In this document: positions 1-13,204 of the stretch, piece after piece
Numbering within the stretch: position 1 is the first letter of the stretch
Layout: each line of letters opens with the position of its first letter
From: Mustelus asterias
Lineage: Eukaryota
DNA length: 64,000 nt
Direction: 5' to 3'
Assembly (NCBI RefSeq): GCF_964213995.1
Contig: NC_135804.1
Coordinates: 68,076,001 to 68,140,000 of the forward strand
Program-made: the position numbers and the translations under genes
Notes under the pieces: generated by a model
Databases searched by the model: none
What the model saw: the letters and a program-made list of their open reading frames with translations, nothing else
Told to the model about the DNA's origin: nothing

Positions 1-169
1 TGTCCAAAACAATGGCAGTGATATTCTGAAAATGCAAAACGATGCATATTTTCTAGCAGCTGCATGTTATTTAAAATTTGTTAATCATTTTGCCAATTTA
101 CATGTAAGCATCCAAATCTTCTGAAACATTTCAGTAAAAAGAGACATGAGGGCAAATAATATAATTCAG

Positions 170-520
170 TGCCCGGAATCAGGGTTTAGTTTCGGCCTGT
201 GTTGCCTGTCTCTGCGGTGTTTGCGTGTTCTTCCTTGTCTGCGTCGGTTTCCTCCGGGTGCATTGCTTTCCTCCCACAATCCCAAGATTTGCAGGTTCGG
301 CAGATGAGCCATGCTGAAATTATTCATTTTTGCCCAAAGAGTTGTAGGATCAGTGGATTACGAGAATAGATGGGCCTGTGGGAAATGACACTCGGCGTGG
401 GAGGAGTGCGGGTTGGAATGGCGGCAGTGATTGAGATCGGGTAAGATAGTCTTTTGGAAAGTCTGCGCAGAATCGATGGACCGAATGGCTCCTGCTGCAC
501 TGCCGAGATTCTATGGTTCT
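170..520 (+). mobile_element. HE1-type (V-SINE) shark SINE, diverged
   Basis: V-SINE core gtttgcgtgttcttccttgtctgcgtcggtttcctccgggtgc...cctcccacaatcccaagat and CR1-derived tail gatggaccgaatggctcct...attctatg. Confidence 0.75.
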
Positions 521-706
521 CCGAAGTAGACCAAACAGTCCATCGAACATTCTTCACGATACCAAATGGTCAATATTGGGCTTCAACTCCAAGTTGCTGC
601 TGCTCCTCATATCCCTTGATTCTCTCAGGGACCGTAAGATTATCCTAATCTGAAATGTAAAGGAACAGATGAAGTTGTGTTACTTTTAAATGGAAATAAC
701 CGGCTG

Positions 707-1446
707 TATGGTAGGACTCTTGGCAGAGTGGAAGATCAGAAGGATCTTGGGGCCCGAGTTCATAGGACGCTCAAAGCAGCTGTGCAGGTTGAGGCTGTGG
801 TTCAGAAGGAGTATGGTCTGCTGGCCTTCATCAATCGAGGAATTGAGTTGAGGAGTCGTGAGGTAAGGTTGCAGCTATATAAGACCCTGGTCAGACCACA
901 CTTGGAGTACTGTGCTCAGTTCTGGTCGCCTCATTACAGGAAGGATGTGGAAGCCATAGAAAGGGTGCAGAGGAGATTTACAAGGAAGTTGCTTGGTTTG
1001 GGGAGCATGCCTTATGAGGATAGGTTGAGTGAGCTCGGCCTTTTCTCCTTGGAGAGACGAAGGATGAGGGGTGACCTGATAGAGGTGCATAAGATGTTGA
1101 GTGGTATTGATCGAGTGGATAGTCAGAGACTTTTTCCCAGGGCTGAAATGGTTGCAACTAGAGGACACAGGTTTAAGGTGCTGGGGAGTAGGTACAGAGG
1201 AGGTGTCAGGGGTAAGTGTTTCACTCAGAGGGTGGTGGGTGCGTGGAATGGGCTGCCAGCAACGGTGGTGGAGGCGGATTCGATAGGGTCTTTTAAGAGA
1301 CTTTTAGATAAGTACATGGAACTTAGTAAGATAGAGGGTTATAGGTAAGCCTAGTAATCGCTAAGGGAGGGACATGTTCGGCACAGCTTTGTGGGCTGAA
1401 GGGCCTGTATTGTGCTGTCGTTTCTCTATGTTCTATGTTTCTATGT
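707..1446 (+). mobile_element. CR1/HER1 LINE, 5'-truncated 3' end (RT C-terminus plus 3' UTR)
   Basis: ORF 677-1348 has [35 protein letters not shown] and [13 protein letters not shown]; tail (ttctatgt)n at about 1422-1446. Confidence 0.95.
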
Positions 1447-1745
1447 ATGCAGTGCCGCAACCAGGTAATATCGCAAGCAGTATTGTTTCTTCGAATTCAA
1501 AACATTTTGCATTAAACCCATTTTCGTTGTTGCATTAATGTGTTAATTCAATGAATAAAGCACATCCTGTTCCAATTGATAGTGGGCACATTCGCTAAAT
1601 CATTGCATTACATTGAAACTTAAAATGATGATGCGACATTTTTGAAGACAATCTGCCTGTAGGTGAAGCAAATAACTAAAGAGTGAGAGTACAGCTGTCT
1701 TACTGAACGCAGGTTTAGTTTTAATTTTTAAAGGGGGAGAGGGTG

Positions 1746-2040
1746 TGTTGTTCGACTGTAACCAATGGCAACATTGGATCAGTTGTAGTGTGACCAATGC
1801 TAACAAGCTATAAGGGTCAGATGACCGAGTAAACTATGTAACCAATGTCAAAATGATGTGGTGGTCAGATGACCAGCTGACCTCAGTATAACTAAAAATC
1901 TGTTGGGAATTGGGGAGAGGTTGGAATCGCCGTGAGGCCTGAAGTGCTGCATTAAACCATTTTCTTTGATTTATGAATTGGAGCAAGTCTTGTTTTATTT
2001 TTTTGCCTACAGCTGAAGAGTTCCTTCTCGTGGATCAACA
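1746..2040 (+). mobile_element. LTR of a Ty1/Copia (GalEa-like) retrotransposon
   Basis: TGTTG...CAACA inverted termini; ATTAAA at 1951; followed by degenerate tRNA-iMet PBS ttagtcgcagagc (2041-2053); preceded by polypurine tract aaagggggagaggg (about 1730-1743). Confidence 0.7.
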
Positions 2041-4680
2041 TTAGTCGCAGAGCGAAACCCATTGTAACATGCTGTTTGTTTTGAAGAAGTGCTACAACCA
2101 TGACAGAAGGTCGAAGTAACCTGACGGGATTTGGTTGCCCTGCTACCACCCAACGCCGCACCACCCCCCCCCCCCCCACCCCTTCTCAGATGCCGAACTA
2201 TATCAGCAATGGAAGGCATAGGTGCAAATGTGGACCCTTGTCACTGCAGTACCGAAAACAAAGCAAAGCATGCCATTAGCGTTGTGCTTCCGCTTAAGAG
2301 CAAGATAAGGAGCAAGGTATTTTCTGAGTGGACGGCAAATGCCCTAAAAAAAGAAGGCCGACATCTCCTGCTACCAAACTTAGATAAGTTTCACCAAAAA
2401 GACGATTTCTTGGAGAATGATGTCGGACGTGTGATGTTTGACATGATTAGGAAATAAGATGTCCAGTCCATGGAGGAGTAGGTCATGGATTTTGATAGGG
2501 CCATAACAGGCTAAGTAAATTTAATTTGGAGATTCCAGATTGACCTTTGAGTTGTTGGATTGCGCATGTCTTTCGCGAATGGATATTCTTTCAGTAATGA
2601 CTGGAATGCAATTAAGGGGAACCGAACATTTCTTTGATCAAATAACATCATCATTCAAAAAGTTTTTCGAGAAACATTCGTTCCCCTCAACCTTTTTCAA
2701 TTTGGATTGGATTGCTAAAACACCCAGAATGGAGAAGTCAATGGTAACTCAGCCACATGCCAATGGTACACGAAGGCTCTTAAATAGAGACGGTTACGCT
2801 GATAACAGAAGTAGAGTTTAAATCGGATGTAACGGATATAACCATTTCATGACTTGGAAAGAGGACGCACATAAGAAACTGATAAAAGACATTTAACTCG
2901 AAGAAATGCTAAAAGGATTGCGAATCGCTGTTTCCAATGTGATTCCCCATACCACTGTGTAGTAAACTGCCCAAAAAGTAGAAATTGTTCTTTGAAATTA
3001 CATGTGATACAGAACACGTGGAAACCGACAGTGATGAGGATAATGACCAGCAAGTCATTGTTTTGGTGGCAGAAAAGTTGAATCCAATAATGAGCGCCCT
3101 GATGACAGATTATTTAGAAACATAGAAACACAGAAAACTACAGCACAAACAGGCCCTTTGGCTCCACAAGTTGTGCCGAACATATCCCTACCTTTTATGC
3201 CTACCTATAACCCTCCATCCTATTAAGTCCCATGTACTCATCCAGGAGTCTCTTAAAAGACCCTATTGAGTTTGCCTCCACCACCACTGACGGCAGCCGA
3301 TTCCACTCGCCCACCACCCTCTGTGTGAAAAACTTCCCCCTCACATTTCCCCTGTACCTACCTCCCAGCACCTTAAACCTGTGTCCTCTCGTAGCAGCCA
3401 TTTCCACCCTGGGAGAAAGCCTCTGAGAGTCCACCCGATCTATGCCTCTCAACATGTTATATACCTCTATTAGGTCTCCTCTCATCCTACGTCTCTCCAA
3501 GGAGAAAAGACCGAGCTCACTCAGCCTATCCTCATAAGGCATGCCACTCAATCCAGGCAACATCCTTTTAAATCGCCTGTGCACCCTTTCAAACTTTTCC
3601 ACATCCTTCCTGTAATGAGGCGACCAGGACTGAGCACAGTATTCCAAGTGGGGTCTGACGAGGGACTTATATAGCTCTGATGAGGGTTTTATATAGCTAT
3701 ATTTCAACGGTGTTATTTTAGATAGTGGATGCACGTTCACTCTCTGCGGCCAAAATTGGCTAAATTCTTACTTGGGGTCTCTTGATCAGAAAGACCGAAA
3801 GATAGTGAAAGAACATTATAGTTCTACCTGCTTTCGATTTGGAGATGACAATATTTTAATGTCGTCAAAAAGCGTGGTACTTCCTGTAGGGTTGCGGGAA
3901 TCAACTTATTCATAAGTACAGATGTCGTTTCCAGTGATATACCTTTGTTATGAAGAAGGTCTGCGATGAAGAACGTGCAGATGACCAATTGAAACATGAT
4001 AAAGCCGTGGTATTTGGGAAAACCGTGGCCCTGTATTTTACAAGATCTGGCCATTATTGTCTTCCCTTACGCAGACCAAATGTATCGGACCAAAGGATTC
4101 ATGATGCATTGGTATCACTTCCGGAGAGCAGCATGGTGGTCAAAACCATTATTCTGAAACTCCATAAGCTGTTTGCTCACCTATCATTACAGAGATCGAG
4201 AGCACTGTTGCAGGAAGCAAGTTGCTGAACAAAAAATATAATGATCTCACAGAACAAATACCAGCGCAGTGCGAAATTTGGTTAAAATATAGGATAAAAT
4301 ATGTGTTCAGTCGCGAGTCTACCACAAGCACGATATTTCAATGATGTCGCGCGATGGATCTAAATATATGGTATCAGGACAAAGGCATCTTTCTATTGCA
4401 AGTCGTGGACATGGCCACCCGGTTTAGCATATGTACGGTGATTTATAGCAAAGATAAAAAAATCATTATAGATAAAACTATGACCCACTATTTAAATATT
4501 TCTCCAACCAATATCTTGAAAATGTTGCTCCACTTCGTTCAGTTCTGACACATCGGTATCATTATTCCGTTCACATCCAGTGTCCCCACTGGATGTGGAT
4601 CCAGTGGCATGTTTCCGATCTTTAATTGATGATCATGTATTGAGACCGAAGCTATTCCATTTTGCATCATAAACTGGCAC
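2041..4680 (+). pseudogene. Decayed Copia (GalEa-like) gag-protease-integrase internal region
   Basis: Gag-like SKIRSKVFSE...LDKFHQKDD; CCHC knuckle CFQCDSPYHCVVNC (2929-2970); protease ILDSGCTFTLCGQNWL (about 3714-3762); TRSGHYCLPL; integrase KLHKLFAH and MDLNIW...VVDMATRFS; protease is followed directly by integrase (Copia order); many stops and frameshifts. Confidence 0.8.
3116..3676 (-). mobile_element. CR1/HER1 LINE 3' fragment nested in the Copia element
   Basis: ORF 3201-3740(-) has LVRPHLEYCAQSWSP...[14 protein letters not shown]; the 3' tail reads tagaaacatagaaac on +. Confidence 0.93.
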
Positions 4681-4699
4681 AAATCTACCACCTGATGTG

Positions 4700-5165
4700 C
4701 AACTCGGCTTGGATTGGACATAATTTCCCTTCGTACCGATATGCACCACGATAACAAAAAAAGCTTATTTCTCTCCAAATCATCAAAACTTGTGAAAACA
4801 CAGACAATCCCATGAGAGTCTCTGTTTCTGCGTTACAAAGTTGTCGTACAAATTTGCACACCATCAAGTTATAACACACCACTTTGCACACTGCATCAAT
4901 TTGTGTGATTTGTACTTCAATCCTTCCAAGGTCAGTATATATTTTACCGAGTATGTTGCCTCTAGTATTGTGCACCGGGATGCACATATATGACATTGTG
5001 CCGAATTTCTGTACGATTCCCGCAAAATTTATTTCGCCTTTAAATGTTCGTTGGATGCACCATATTAAGATTGCTTCTGATTTTTCACTTTGGATCGAAA
5101 AAAAATGGACGACATCGCATTCGCTGTTGTTGAACTGCATTTCCCACACTCTGCCCATTCACGTT
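4700..5165 (-). mobile_element. Old, degenerate CR1 RT fragment
   Basis: Minus-strand VWEMQFNNSECDVVHF resembles the CR1 motif WQMQFNxxKCEVMHF. Confidence 0.55.
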
Positions 5166-5169
5166 GATA

Positions 5170-5870
5170 GTAGGTTGAGTGAATGTGTGGGGATGGGTTT
5201 GTGAGGATATGTGTGCTGGTATATGTGTGAGGTTGATTGTGTGACCATAAATGTCTGTGTATGTGCGTGTGCGTCTGTGTGTGTGATGAGTGTGTGCCTA
5301 TTATGACGAGTTCGTGTGTGTTCGTGTGTGTGTGAGCGATTGAGTGTGTTTTCGTGTGAGAGGATGAGCGTGTGTGTGTGCATATCTGCGTGCGTGCGCG
5401 TGTTTATGTAAGCATGTGTGTGTGTACGGGTGTGTAGATGTGTGCGCGGAAGTGAGCCCATGTGTTTTAGGATGAATGTTTGTGCATCAGTGTGGATAAT
5501 ACGTGCGTGTACTAGAATGACTGATTGTGTTATGAGTGTGTGCATCAAGATGGATTTGTGTCTGTTAGAATGTGTGTGTATGTGAGTTTGATTATGTTCG
5601 AAGCTAATTGTGATCGTGTTTGCGACAATAAATGTGCGCGCGATAATCAGAATTTGCCTTTGAGGACAGTTTGCGTGGGTTATGTGTGCGCGCGTGCGCG
5701 TGTGTGGAGAGAACAAGATTAGTATGTGTGAGCGAGAGGTGGGGGATCAGTTCGATTGTCAAATAGAAGCGTGTGTGTGAGAGAGCGAGGGGTGAGCAGG
5801 AGAGGTGTCTGTGCGTGAATGTGAGGGAAAGAGGGGACTATGTATGAATGTGTGAGGGAGACGGAAGTGT
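5170..5870. repeat. Degenerate (TG)n/(GA)n low-complexity tract
   Basis: About 700 bp of interrupted tgtgtg/gagaga runs; this explains the His/Thr-rich ORF 5159-5716. Confidence 0.9.
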
Positions 5871-6532
5871 CACGGAAAGAGAAAATCTTGCGTCCGAAAC
5901 GAGAATCGGTTTTCCAGCATAATACCTGATATTTAAATTACAACGAGTAAGATTCCGTTATGTTCTAATACCACAACAGTGTAATTATTTTCAGCATAAC
6001 CACCCCTGTAGTCGACGCTATTACTTACAGGGGTTAGTGCTCAGCAGCCATTGGAAAATGGGTTGGGCTGGGATTAAAGTCAGCGGGATTTGTTGGAGAC
6101 GAATGTGGTGACTGGCCGGGATTCTACCATTGCGGTGTGCCCATTTTCGGGCGCGAAAATTTGGTAAAATCGGGCATGAGAGGAGTAGCACGATCTGTGC
6201 TCACTTTCGCGCCGCTTTGCACTTTACGAAGGCCTGAAAATGGCCCCATCGGAAACCCGCCCAAAACGCTCACGACTTCAAATGAAATATTTCTGCATGT
6301 ATTTCAATCCACTTAACGAGCTGCAGAATCAACTTTACCAACACTTTCGCAAATCTGGAATCGATGTGGAACAGGCATGTTCGATAAAAGTCTCATTCGG
6401 GCGCTCGATGAGTGGGGTTAGTAAGGAGGCAAGTGTCTACTGCCAGACAGCTCTGTGCTGCTCACCGGTGTCCTTTCGTGGTAGCCATGTTCCGTTTCGG
6501 TTCGGGAGGGCTCTGCGAGTGTGCGTGTGTGT

Positions 6533-6564
<32 letters not shown>

Positions 6565-7269
6565 GCGGAGCTTCAACTCCACAGAGTGATTGTTTGATGT
6601 GCAATTTGCAGCACGGACCCGGGTGTCAGCACTGACCTGGCTGGGTCTTGGGGATGCTGCTGGGTCCTAGTGCAAGCAGCACTATTCCAGCTGCGGGATG
6701 TGCCAAAAGCCTTTTGAACTTGCACTGCTCCAGCTCTAGAACTGTTTAAGAAGAAGTGTCTGCTCTGATTACTGCATACGTTCTGGGCATTACTGGGGGG
6801 GGGGGGGGGAGGGGGATGGGGAGCTCTGCTTTTGGGGGGCCTGTGGGTGGGGAATGGCAGGTCTGTATTGGTGGGGGGGGGGGGGCTGTGGGTGGGCAAT
6901 GGGAGGCTGTGTGGGTGGAGGGCCTTTGAGTTGGGGCGATGGGCAGTATGAGCAGTGTGTGTTGCTGGACGAGGATCAAGCAGCGGTCCATCGCCTCCCC
7001 TTCCTGAAATCCACCTTCCCCCAACGTTCAGATTGATGAGATGGCATTTGCAATGCAAACGATTGATCTTGTTGTTCTTTTTGTTGCTGCTTGAGCTGAG
7101 GATGTGGAACTGGAGTATGAATTGCGGACAAAGGATGTCTAGACCTTACCACTTGCAGGCGTAGAGGGATACGGTCAACGGCAGCAGGAAGTGTCCGCTA
7201 TTCGCCTAGGTGTGGGGGGGGGGGGGGGGGTTGCAAGTGAAGGAGGGAATGATGACCCTGGCAGTTCTG

Positions 7270-8200
7270 CACATGAGTGTCATTTGAACAAATGTCAGAC
7301 ACCGTGTGCCGCTGGCAGTTCTGGTTCCAAAAGGAGGCAGTAGAATGCCTGTGCAACTTGTTACAAATCCTGGCACTTCAGGGCATGGTGGTGGGTGCAC
7401 CCACTCTCAGTGGCTATCAAATTGATGGGTACTCTGAACTTTTATGCCACTCGCTCCTTACAGACCCCCAGCAGAAATATATGAGGCATTTCGCAGTCAG
7501 CTGTCCACACAAGTGTCAAGGATGTCATGGATCCCCTGCATGCCCAGGCTGGCCAGTATATCAGACTTCATCTGGACCAGGCCCAGCAGGAAGCCGTGGC
7601 CAATGGGGGGATGCCTAGCGTGCAGGGGACTATAGACTGCACCCACGTCGCCTCAAGGCCCCACTTCAAAATCAATGAAGATTCGCCAATGGAAAGAGGT
7701 TCCACTCCCGAAATGGGTAATTGGTTTGTGACCCTATCATGAACATTATGCACGTCTGAACCAGACACCCCTGGAGCTCCTCTGTTTTAGTCTGAGCTCA
7801 GGCATACTGGAGGCCTCTGTGGACGAGCCCAGAGTGGAGGGATGTCTCATGGATGACAAGGGCGACCCACTTTGGACTTGGCTGATTATGCCTGCATAGA
7901 GGCCTATGGCTGAGGCGGAGACCCAGTACAATCAGTCCGATGTTGCCACTCATTCTATAGTGGAGAGATGCATAGGGCTCTTGAAAATGCAGTTCAGGGG
8001 CCTGGTCCGCTCTGGCAGGGCCCTACCATACAGTCCCCTGATTTCTTCCCTGATTGCGGTGGTGTGCTGTGCCCTTCACAAAACTGCGCTGCTGAGAGGA
8101 GGAGGATGTAGAGGCCGACAGGCCGGGTGTCGCTGAGGAGGACACTGCCTAGCAGGAGCATGACGAAGAGGACCAAGAAGAGGAGGAGGATCACGCCGAA
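7270..8200 (+). pseudogene. Harbinger (HARBI1-like, DDE_Tnp_4) transposase, frameshifted
   Basis: GMPSVQGTIDCTHVA; WLIMP; AETQYNQSDVATHSIVERCIGLLKMQFRGL; IAVVCCALHK followed by an acidic tail. Confidence 0.88.
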
Positions 8201-10159
8201 CAATACCACCCAGGTGCTGAATGGTTGGCAGCAAAACGTGGCATACACGGGTGGTGTGGCACCCCTAATCACCAGGCACGTTTTGTACCAGGGACCCGTG
8301 ATTGTGCCAGTGGGTTTCATTCCTCCCACTCCTCAAGGTCCTATTATCTCCTGCAATACGGTAACACCAGAGTAGTGGTGGGCCTGGGTACGCTGTATTA
8401 GCGAGTTTCTCTGGCAGGCAGGAGGGTGATGGTGACTTGCTAAGCACCATTATGACGATGCCCTGGTGCAAATTAGTCTGACTGCTACCTGAGCTTTGCA
8501 TGCACGCTGGCACCTGGGCCCACAGCTGTCTAGTAGTTGAGGGATCAGTAAACCTCCATTCAGGGCACCAGGGCAGGTGGGATGGGGAAGGGGAGGGAAT
8601 CAGTCAATGGTTCTGGGGAACCAATGGCTTCATTTTCCCACTGACATATCATTGCGGGGCCTCCCCTCAAGGTAAATCTGAGACAAATTAGTCACAGGTG
8701 TGTGTAAACAAATATTTATTCATTACACAATGCCTCTAAATAATAAGTTCTAAGATATAAATGCATGAACGGAAAACTTAAACGTGCTTAAAAATGAATC
8801 AAACTAATGCAGCCCTCCACCAGTGCCAGCTTAGTGCAATTGCAACTTCCTAATCTTATCTGGCCTACTATTATGTCTTTGTGTCTCGCCAGAATGTATA
8901 TCAGAGGTGAAGGGGGCCAGCAACCTACCCTGCCCTATGGCTTGTGATGCCCTTGGCGGGTACCCTCTGGATAGCCTGGACTTTGAGGGCCGTGGCCAAC
9001 TTCATGGGGTCTGGGAAGTGTCCATGACACACTCTTCATTCCCCTGCACCTGAGATGCCCTGGCGCCAGGAAGGGGAAGTCAGAAGGTGTAGCCACAGGC
9101 ACAGTCTCCTGGCTGGAAGGCCTTGGAATGAGCTCAAACAGTTTCTCTTCCCTTGGGGTTTCTGTGGGCCTCTGGGTCGCTCCATGGGATGGCAGTGCTT
9201 CTGTAGTGAGCTCCAGAAGCTCTGGCATCACCTGGCTACTGCCAGTCCTGGAGACCACCTGCATCCTACCCATGGTGCTTCAACCCTCTGCAATGAGTTG
9301 GGGGCCATCTGTCAATGGCTGCAGCAAATGTTCCCTGAGACTGGGCCACGCTCTGCAGCCCGTCAGCTATGGCCCTCAGTGACTGGGCCATGTTCTCAAA
9401 GGTTTCTGTCTTAGCCTGCTGTGTCTCAGCACTGTCCCACTGGGTCTCATGCAAGCTCTGGAGTCTCTCCGCCATGGGCCGCAGAATGTTGAGAATCATG
9501 TTAAGTCCCTCAGCTGTGGCCTGCTGTGACTCGGCCATCACTTGGAGCCTGCCACTCATGGTGAGGATTCCCCGCCCCGGGCTTTCCAACGTGGATGCCA
9601 CCCTTGCAGTGTTGGCCTGGGAATCACACAGGACAGGCAACTGAAATTTTTGGGACTCCACCAACAGCCTCACATTCGGTTCAGTTTGGCCGTCAGCCCT
9701 GCCTGCATTTCTTGGCTCTGTTGCTGCATCTCTAGCACCTGAGGGAGAAGTGATCTCCGATGGCCCAGCATGTAGTCTGGGGCCACCTGAGTCCTCACCT
9801 CCGGCAGGAACCCGCGTGCCAGAGGCCTCAAACGTTCCCTCCTCCATCCGATGTACATTATCAGATATGCCTTGCTCACCACGGAGTGACTCAGAAGCTT
9901 CACCACTAACTGGACCTATTAAGATTATCTGGGATGGTGAGGTAGAAGCTGATGCCAAAAAGGTGCCACCTTTGGAAGTCACTTCACCTGCATCATCCGA
10001 GGATTCATCACAGTTCTCGGGACTGGATGTGCATGAACCGCAGTGGAGCCCCCAATGTCAGATTGCCCCGGGGTGTCCGTATCTGTTCCTGCAGCACATG
10101 ATGCAAGGTTAAGTGCAAGGGAGGGAGAGGAATCTGGGATGCAAAAGACCTTTCTCTAC

Positions 10160-10350
10160 TGAACATAGAACAAAGAAGAAAGAAGATTACATCACAGGAA
10201 CAGGCCTTTTGGCCCTCCAAGCCTGCAGCGAACTCCCCTGGCAGCGAGTTCCAGGTACCCATCACCTTCAATGTAAATAAACATGCCTCATACCTCTCCT
10301 TTAAACCTTGCACCTCACATCTTAAATCAATGCCCCCGAGTAATTGCCTC
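10160..10350 (-). mobile_element. CR1 3' end nested in Harbinger
   Basis: gaacatagaacaaagaag tail and a VMGTWNSLP-like translation on the minus strand. Confidence 0.7.
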
Positions 10351-10515
10351 AAATTGAGTGGAGGATGGACAGGTGCTCACTTCCTGAATCCACCCCAACC
10401 ATGCTGTCACTGACAGCCTGGGTGTCCCCTTCTGTGCATAGCTCCAGCGGCCACTCCTCAAAGGGGCTGACGACCCGGAGGTCACGCTCACCACCCCCTA
10501 TCTTCGCCCTCTTTT

Positions 10516-10795
10516 TGATTTGATTTATTATTGTCACATGTATTAACATACAGTGAAAAGTATTGTTTCTTGCGCACTATACAGACAAAACATACCGTTC
10601 ATAGAGAAGGAAACAAGGGAGTGCAGAATGCAATGTTACAGTTATGGCTAGGATGTAGTTAAAGATCAACTTAATGCAAGGTAAGTCCATTCAAAAGTCT
10701 GACAGCAGTAGGGAAGAAGCTGTTTTTGAGTTGGTTGGTATATGACCTCAGACTTTTGTATCTTTTCCCCGAAGGAAGAAGGTGGAAGAGCATGT
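10516..10795 (-). mobile_element. Rex-Babar (Rex1-like) LINE 3' end nested in Harbinger
   Basis: LLPSGKRYKSLRSYTNQLKNSFFPTAVRLLN; (gattt)n tail; same family as 13205-14062. Confidence 0.85.
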
Positions 10796-12029
10796 GATTG
10801 TCAGCCTTCTGTGGGGAGAGAAGGAGGCATGAGAGAAATGATGGTGTGACTCCTGCAGAATATCGGAGGTGGCCAGCAGAGGGCATGCACAGTGATACTT
10901 TTTTGTGGGGGAGGGGGCGGGAGGAGGTGCTTGGGGGTCAGGGGCTGCAAGCATGCAAGGTGCTGGAGGTGAGGGGATCCGGGGATGAATTGGGGGAAGA
11001 TGCTTGATGGGATAAAGCTGCCTGGATGAGGTCATTGACGTTCTTTCTGCACTGCACTCCTGTTCTGTTCTGGGGGCCAGTGCCATAGCACAAACCGAGG
11101 TGGCAAATGCCTCCCAGGCCGTTTGCCCGTAACCCACCCTGCGTCTGCATTCTGCTGGGGGGATGAGGGTGTCCCGCCTCGCCTCTGCAGCATCCAGCAA
11201 CCTGCTGAGTTTGCCCTCTGTGAATCTTGACGCTGGCTTCTTGGACATCTTTTCCTGCACTGCCTGCCTGTTTGGACTTTTTATGGAGTTGCCGTTGTTA
11301 TGGCGGATCTGCTGCAGGCAGTTTGAGAGAGTATTCCAGCAAGTTAAATACAGTTTGCTTGTTAGAAATGAGGGGGAGGCAATTAGACAGAGACTGGGGC
11401 CTTGTGCAGGTGGGTCTGGGGTGTGGGGAGGGGGGAGGCGCTGCCACTCTCACTGAGATCAGTAGAGAGGTGGTGACACTATGCCGGCAATCAGTGTGGG
11501 GAAGGGGATCGCTGCCACTCTGCATGCGATCGATAGTGGAGAAGGGGAACACAGCAATTCTGCCTGCAATCCAGTGTGGGGGAGCAGGACGCCATTGCCC
11601 TGAGTAGTGGTGGGGGGGGGGGGGGGTGGAATAAGGTTGGGTGGAAGATTGTGGGGGTGGGGGGGAATCAATGTCCATGGGGTTAGGGGGAGGCATTATC
11701 TGGCCCCGGCAGGATGGAGCAGTGGAGAGCATTATTTTATTTTTGCGCATGCCCATTTGAAGGCTCCGATCAGAGCTACAGGGCGTTGGGTGTGTCAAAC
11801 CCGGCCCACAGGTCTCTGCAGCTAGAATCGTACTCGCTGATAATTTTGCAGGCAGAGTGCTTATTGGGGGAGGGGGGGGGGAGGGGCGGTTGGTGGGGGG
11901 CGGGGGGGATGTGCGACACACGGGCCCAATGGACGGATCTGAAATTCTCCTTGTCTCAAGTCCGCCAGGCCCTTAGACAAAAAACGGTAAATAGCGCCTT
12001 GCCTCTTTCTCACATATTTATTGAGATTT

Positions 12030-13153
12030 GGCTGCAATTTTAGCATCACGTTGCGTCCGTTTTCGGGCGCCAAAAAGTGGGGAGTGAGCCAATTGGCATG
12101 AGCTGTGCCCATTTTCATGTCAGTTCCCACTTTACCAGGGGCAAGAAATCATCAAGATCAGGAGCCCGCCCAAAACGTGCGTGATGTCAACTTAAATATT
12201 TTTGCATTCATCTCAATGCGAGCTCCACTAGCGAGCTCCGTACCCCAATGTACCAGCCCACCTATTCTTACCACTTTGTTTGCCCCAGCAGGATTTGTCT
12301 GGAAAATATCTCCCCTTTAAAAGTCGGCTTCTGGCGCTCCATCAGTGGGGGTTAATAAGGAGAGCCTCCTATCAGATAGCTCAGTGGTGCTCACAGAGGG
12401 TCATTTCGTGGCGGCCATGTTGCGTTTCGAGTCGGGAGGAGTTGACAAGAGTTGGGAGGGCGGGGATCTGTTGCTGATCATGGTGTTCGATGTCCGGTTT
12501 TCAGCATACACTGGGGTCTCAGTACTGACCTCAGGTCTTGGCGATTCTGCTGGGTCCCAGTGCATGCTGCACTGTTGCAGCTGAGGGAATGTCCTGGAAA
12601 CGCTTTGAAGTGGCAGTGCTGAAGCCTCAGGAGTTCTCCAGCAGCACTGTCTGTAGTCACTACTGCATGGGTTCCGGGTGTATATTACTGGGTGGAGGAT
12701 GGGGGCGCTGCCACCCTGTCCGTTATTGGCTGGGGTGGGGGGGGGGGCGGTGGTGCTGCCACTCTAACTGCGATTGGTGGTGGGGAGGGCGTGATCTTTC
12801 TGGGTGGCAGGGGTTGGGGGATAAGTGGGCCAGTAATGTTGGGCGGGTTGGGGGGGGGGGCTCCATCCAATGTCTGCGGGGGCCAGGGGAAAGGTTTGCG
12901 GCCCGGGAGGGATCTGGCAGGGGAGCTACGTTATTTTATATTTTTTTCTGCGTATGGGCACTTAGAGGCTCCGGTCGAAGCTGCAGGCTTTCGGCACCTT
13001 AAGCCCCGCGCACAGGTTTCTGCAGCGAGCAACTGACTCGCTGAAAAATTTGCAGCCAGAGTACGTATGTTGGGGCCTCAAAACGAACCCAAAAAACAAG
13101 TCTCCCAGTTCCACCCACCCGGCGCTGAGACAAAAAGTGCTAAAATATCGCTC
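12030..13153 (+). mobile_element. Non-autonomous Harbinger derivative
   Basis: Termini ggctgcaattttagca and tgctaaaatatcgctc; subterminal blocks resemble 6140-6320 and 11740-11998; no coding region. Confidence 0.7.
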
Positions 13154-13204
13154 ACAGTCAGAAAAATCAGGTTTGCACTTGATTTCTGTGTTTGTACCTG
13201 TTTC

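Larger units (their letters stand above)
8935..11260 (-). pseudogene. Harbinger Myb/SANT-like DNA-binding protein gene, decayed and interrupted
   Basis: 11260-11010(-): KKPASRFTEGKLSRLLDAAEARRDTL...AWEAFATSV...RT...QCRKNVNDL (trihelix/MSANTD pattern); downstream coiled-coil-like ORF 9266-9982(-). Confidence 0.75.
6114..11998 (+). mobile_element. PIF/Harbinger DNA transposon, near full-length, decayed
   Basis: Imperfect TIRs ggccgggattctacc (6114) and ggtaaatagcgcc (11998); convergent DDE transposase and Myb/SANT-like genes. Confidence 0.85.

Noticed and set aside
5159-5722. 185-aa His/Thr-rich ORF and its antisense Cys/Val-rich ORF
   Set aside because: Translation artefact of a degenerate (TG)n tract
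7270-8200. Domesticated HARBI1 host gene
   Set aside because: It has multiple stops and frameshifts and lies between TIRs with a decayed Myb partner, so it is a transposon fossil
11227-13036. Pro/Gly-rich ORFs and long G runs
   Set aside because: These are non-coding G-rich subterminal Harbinger sequence with homopolymer runs and no protein motifs
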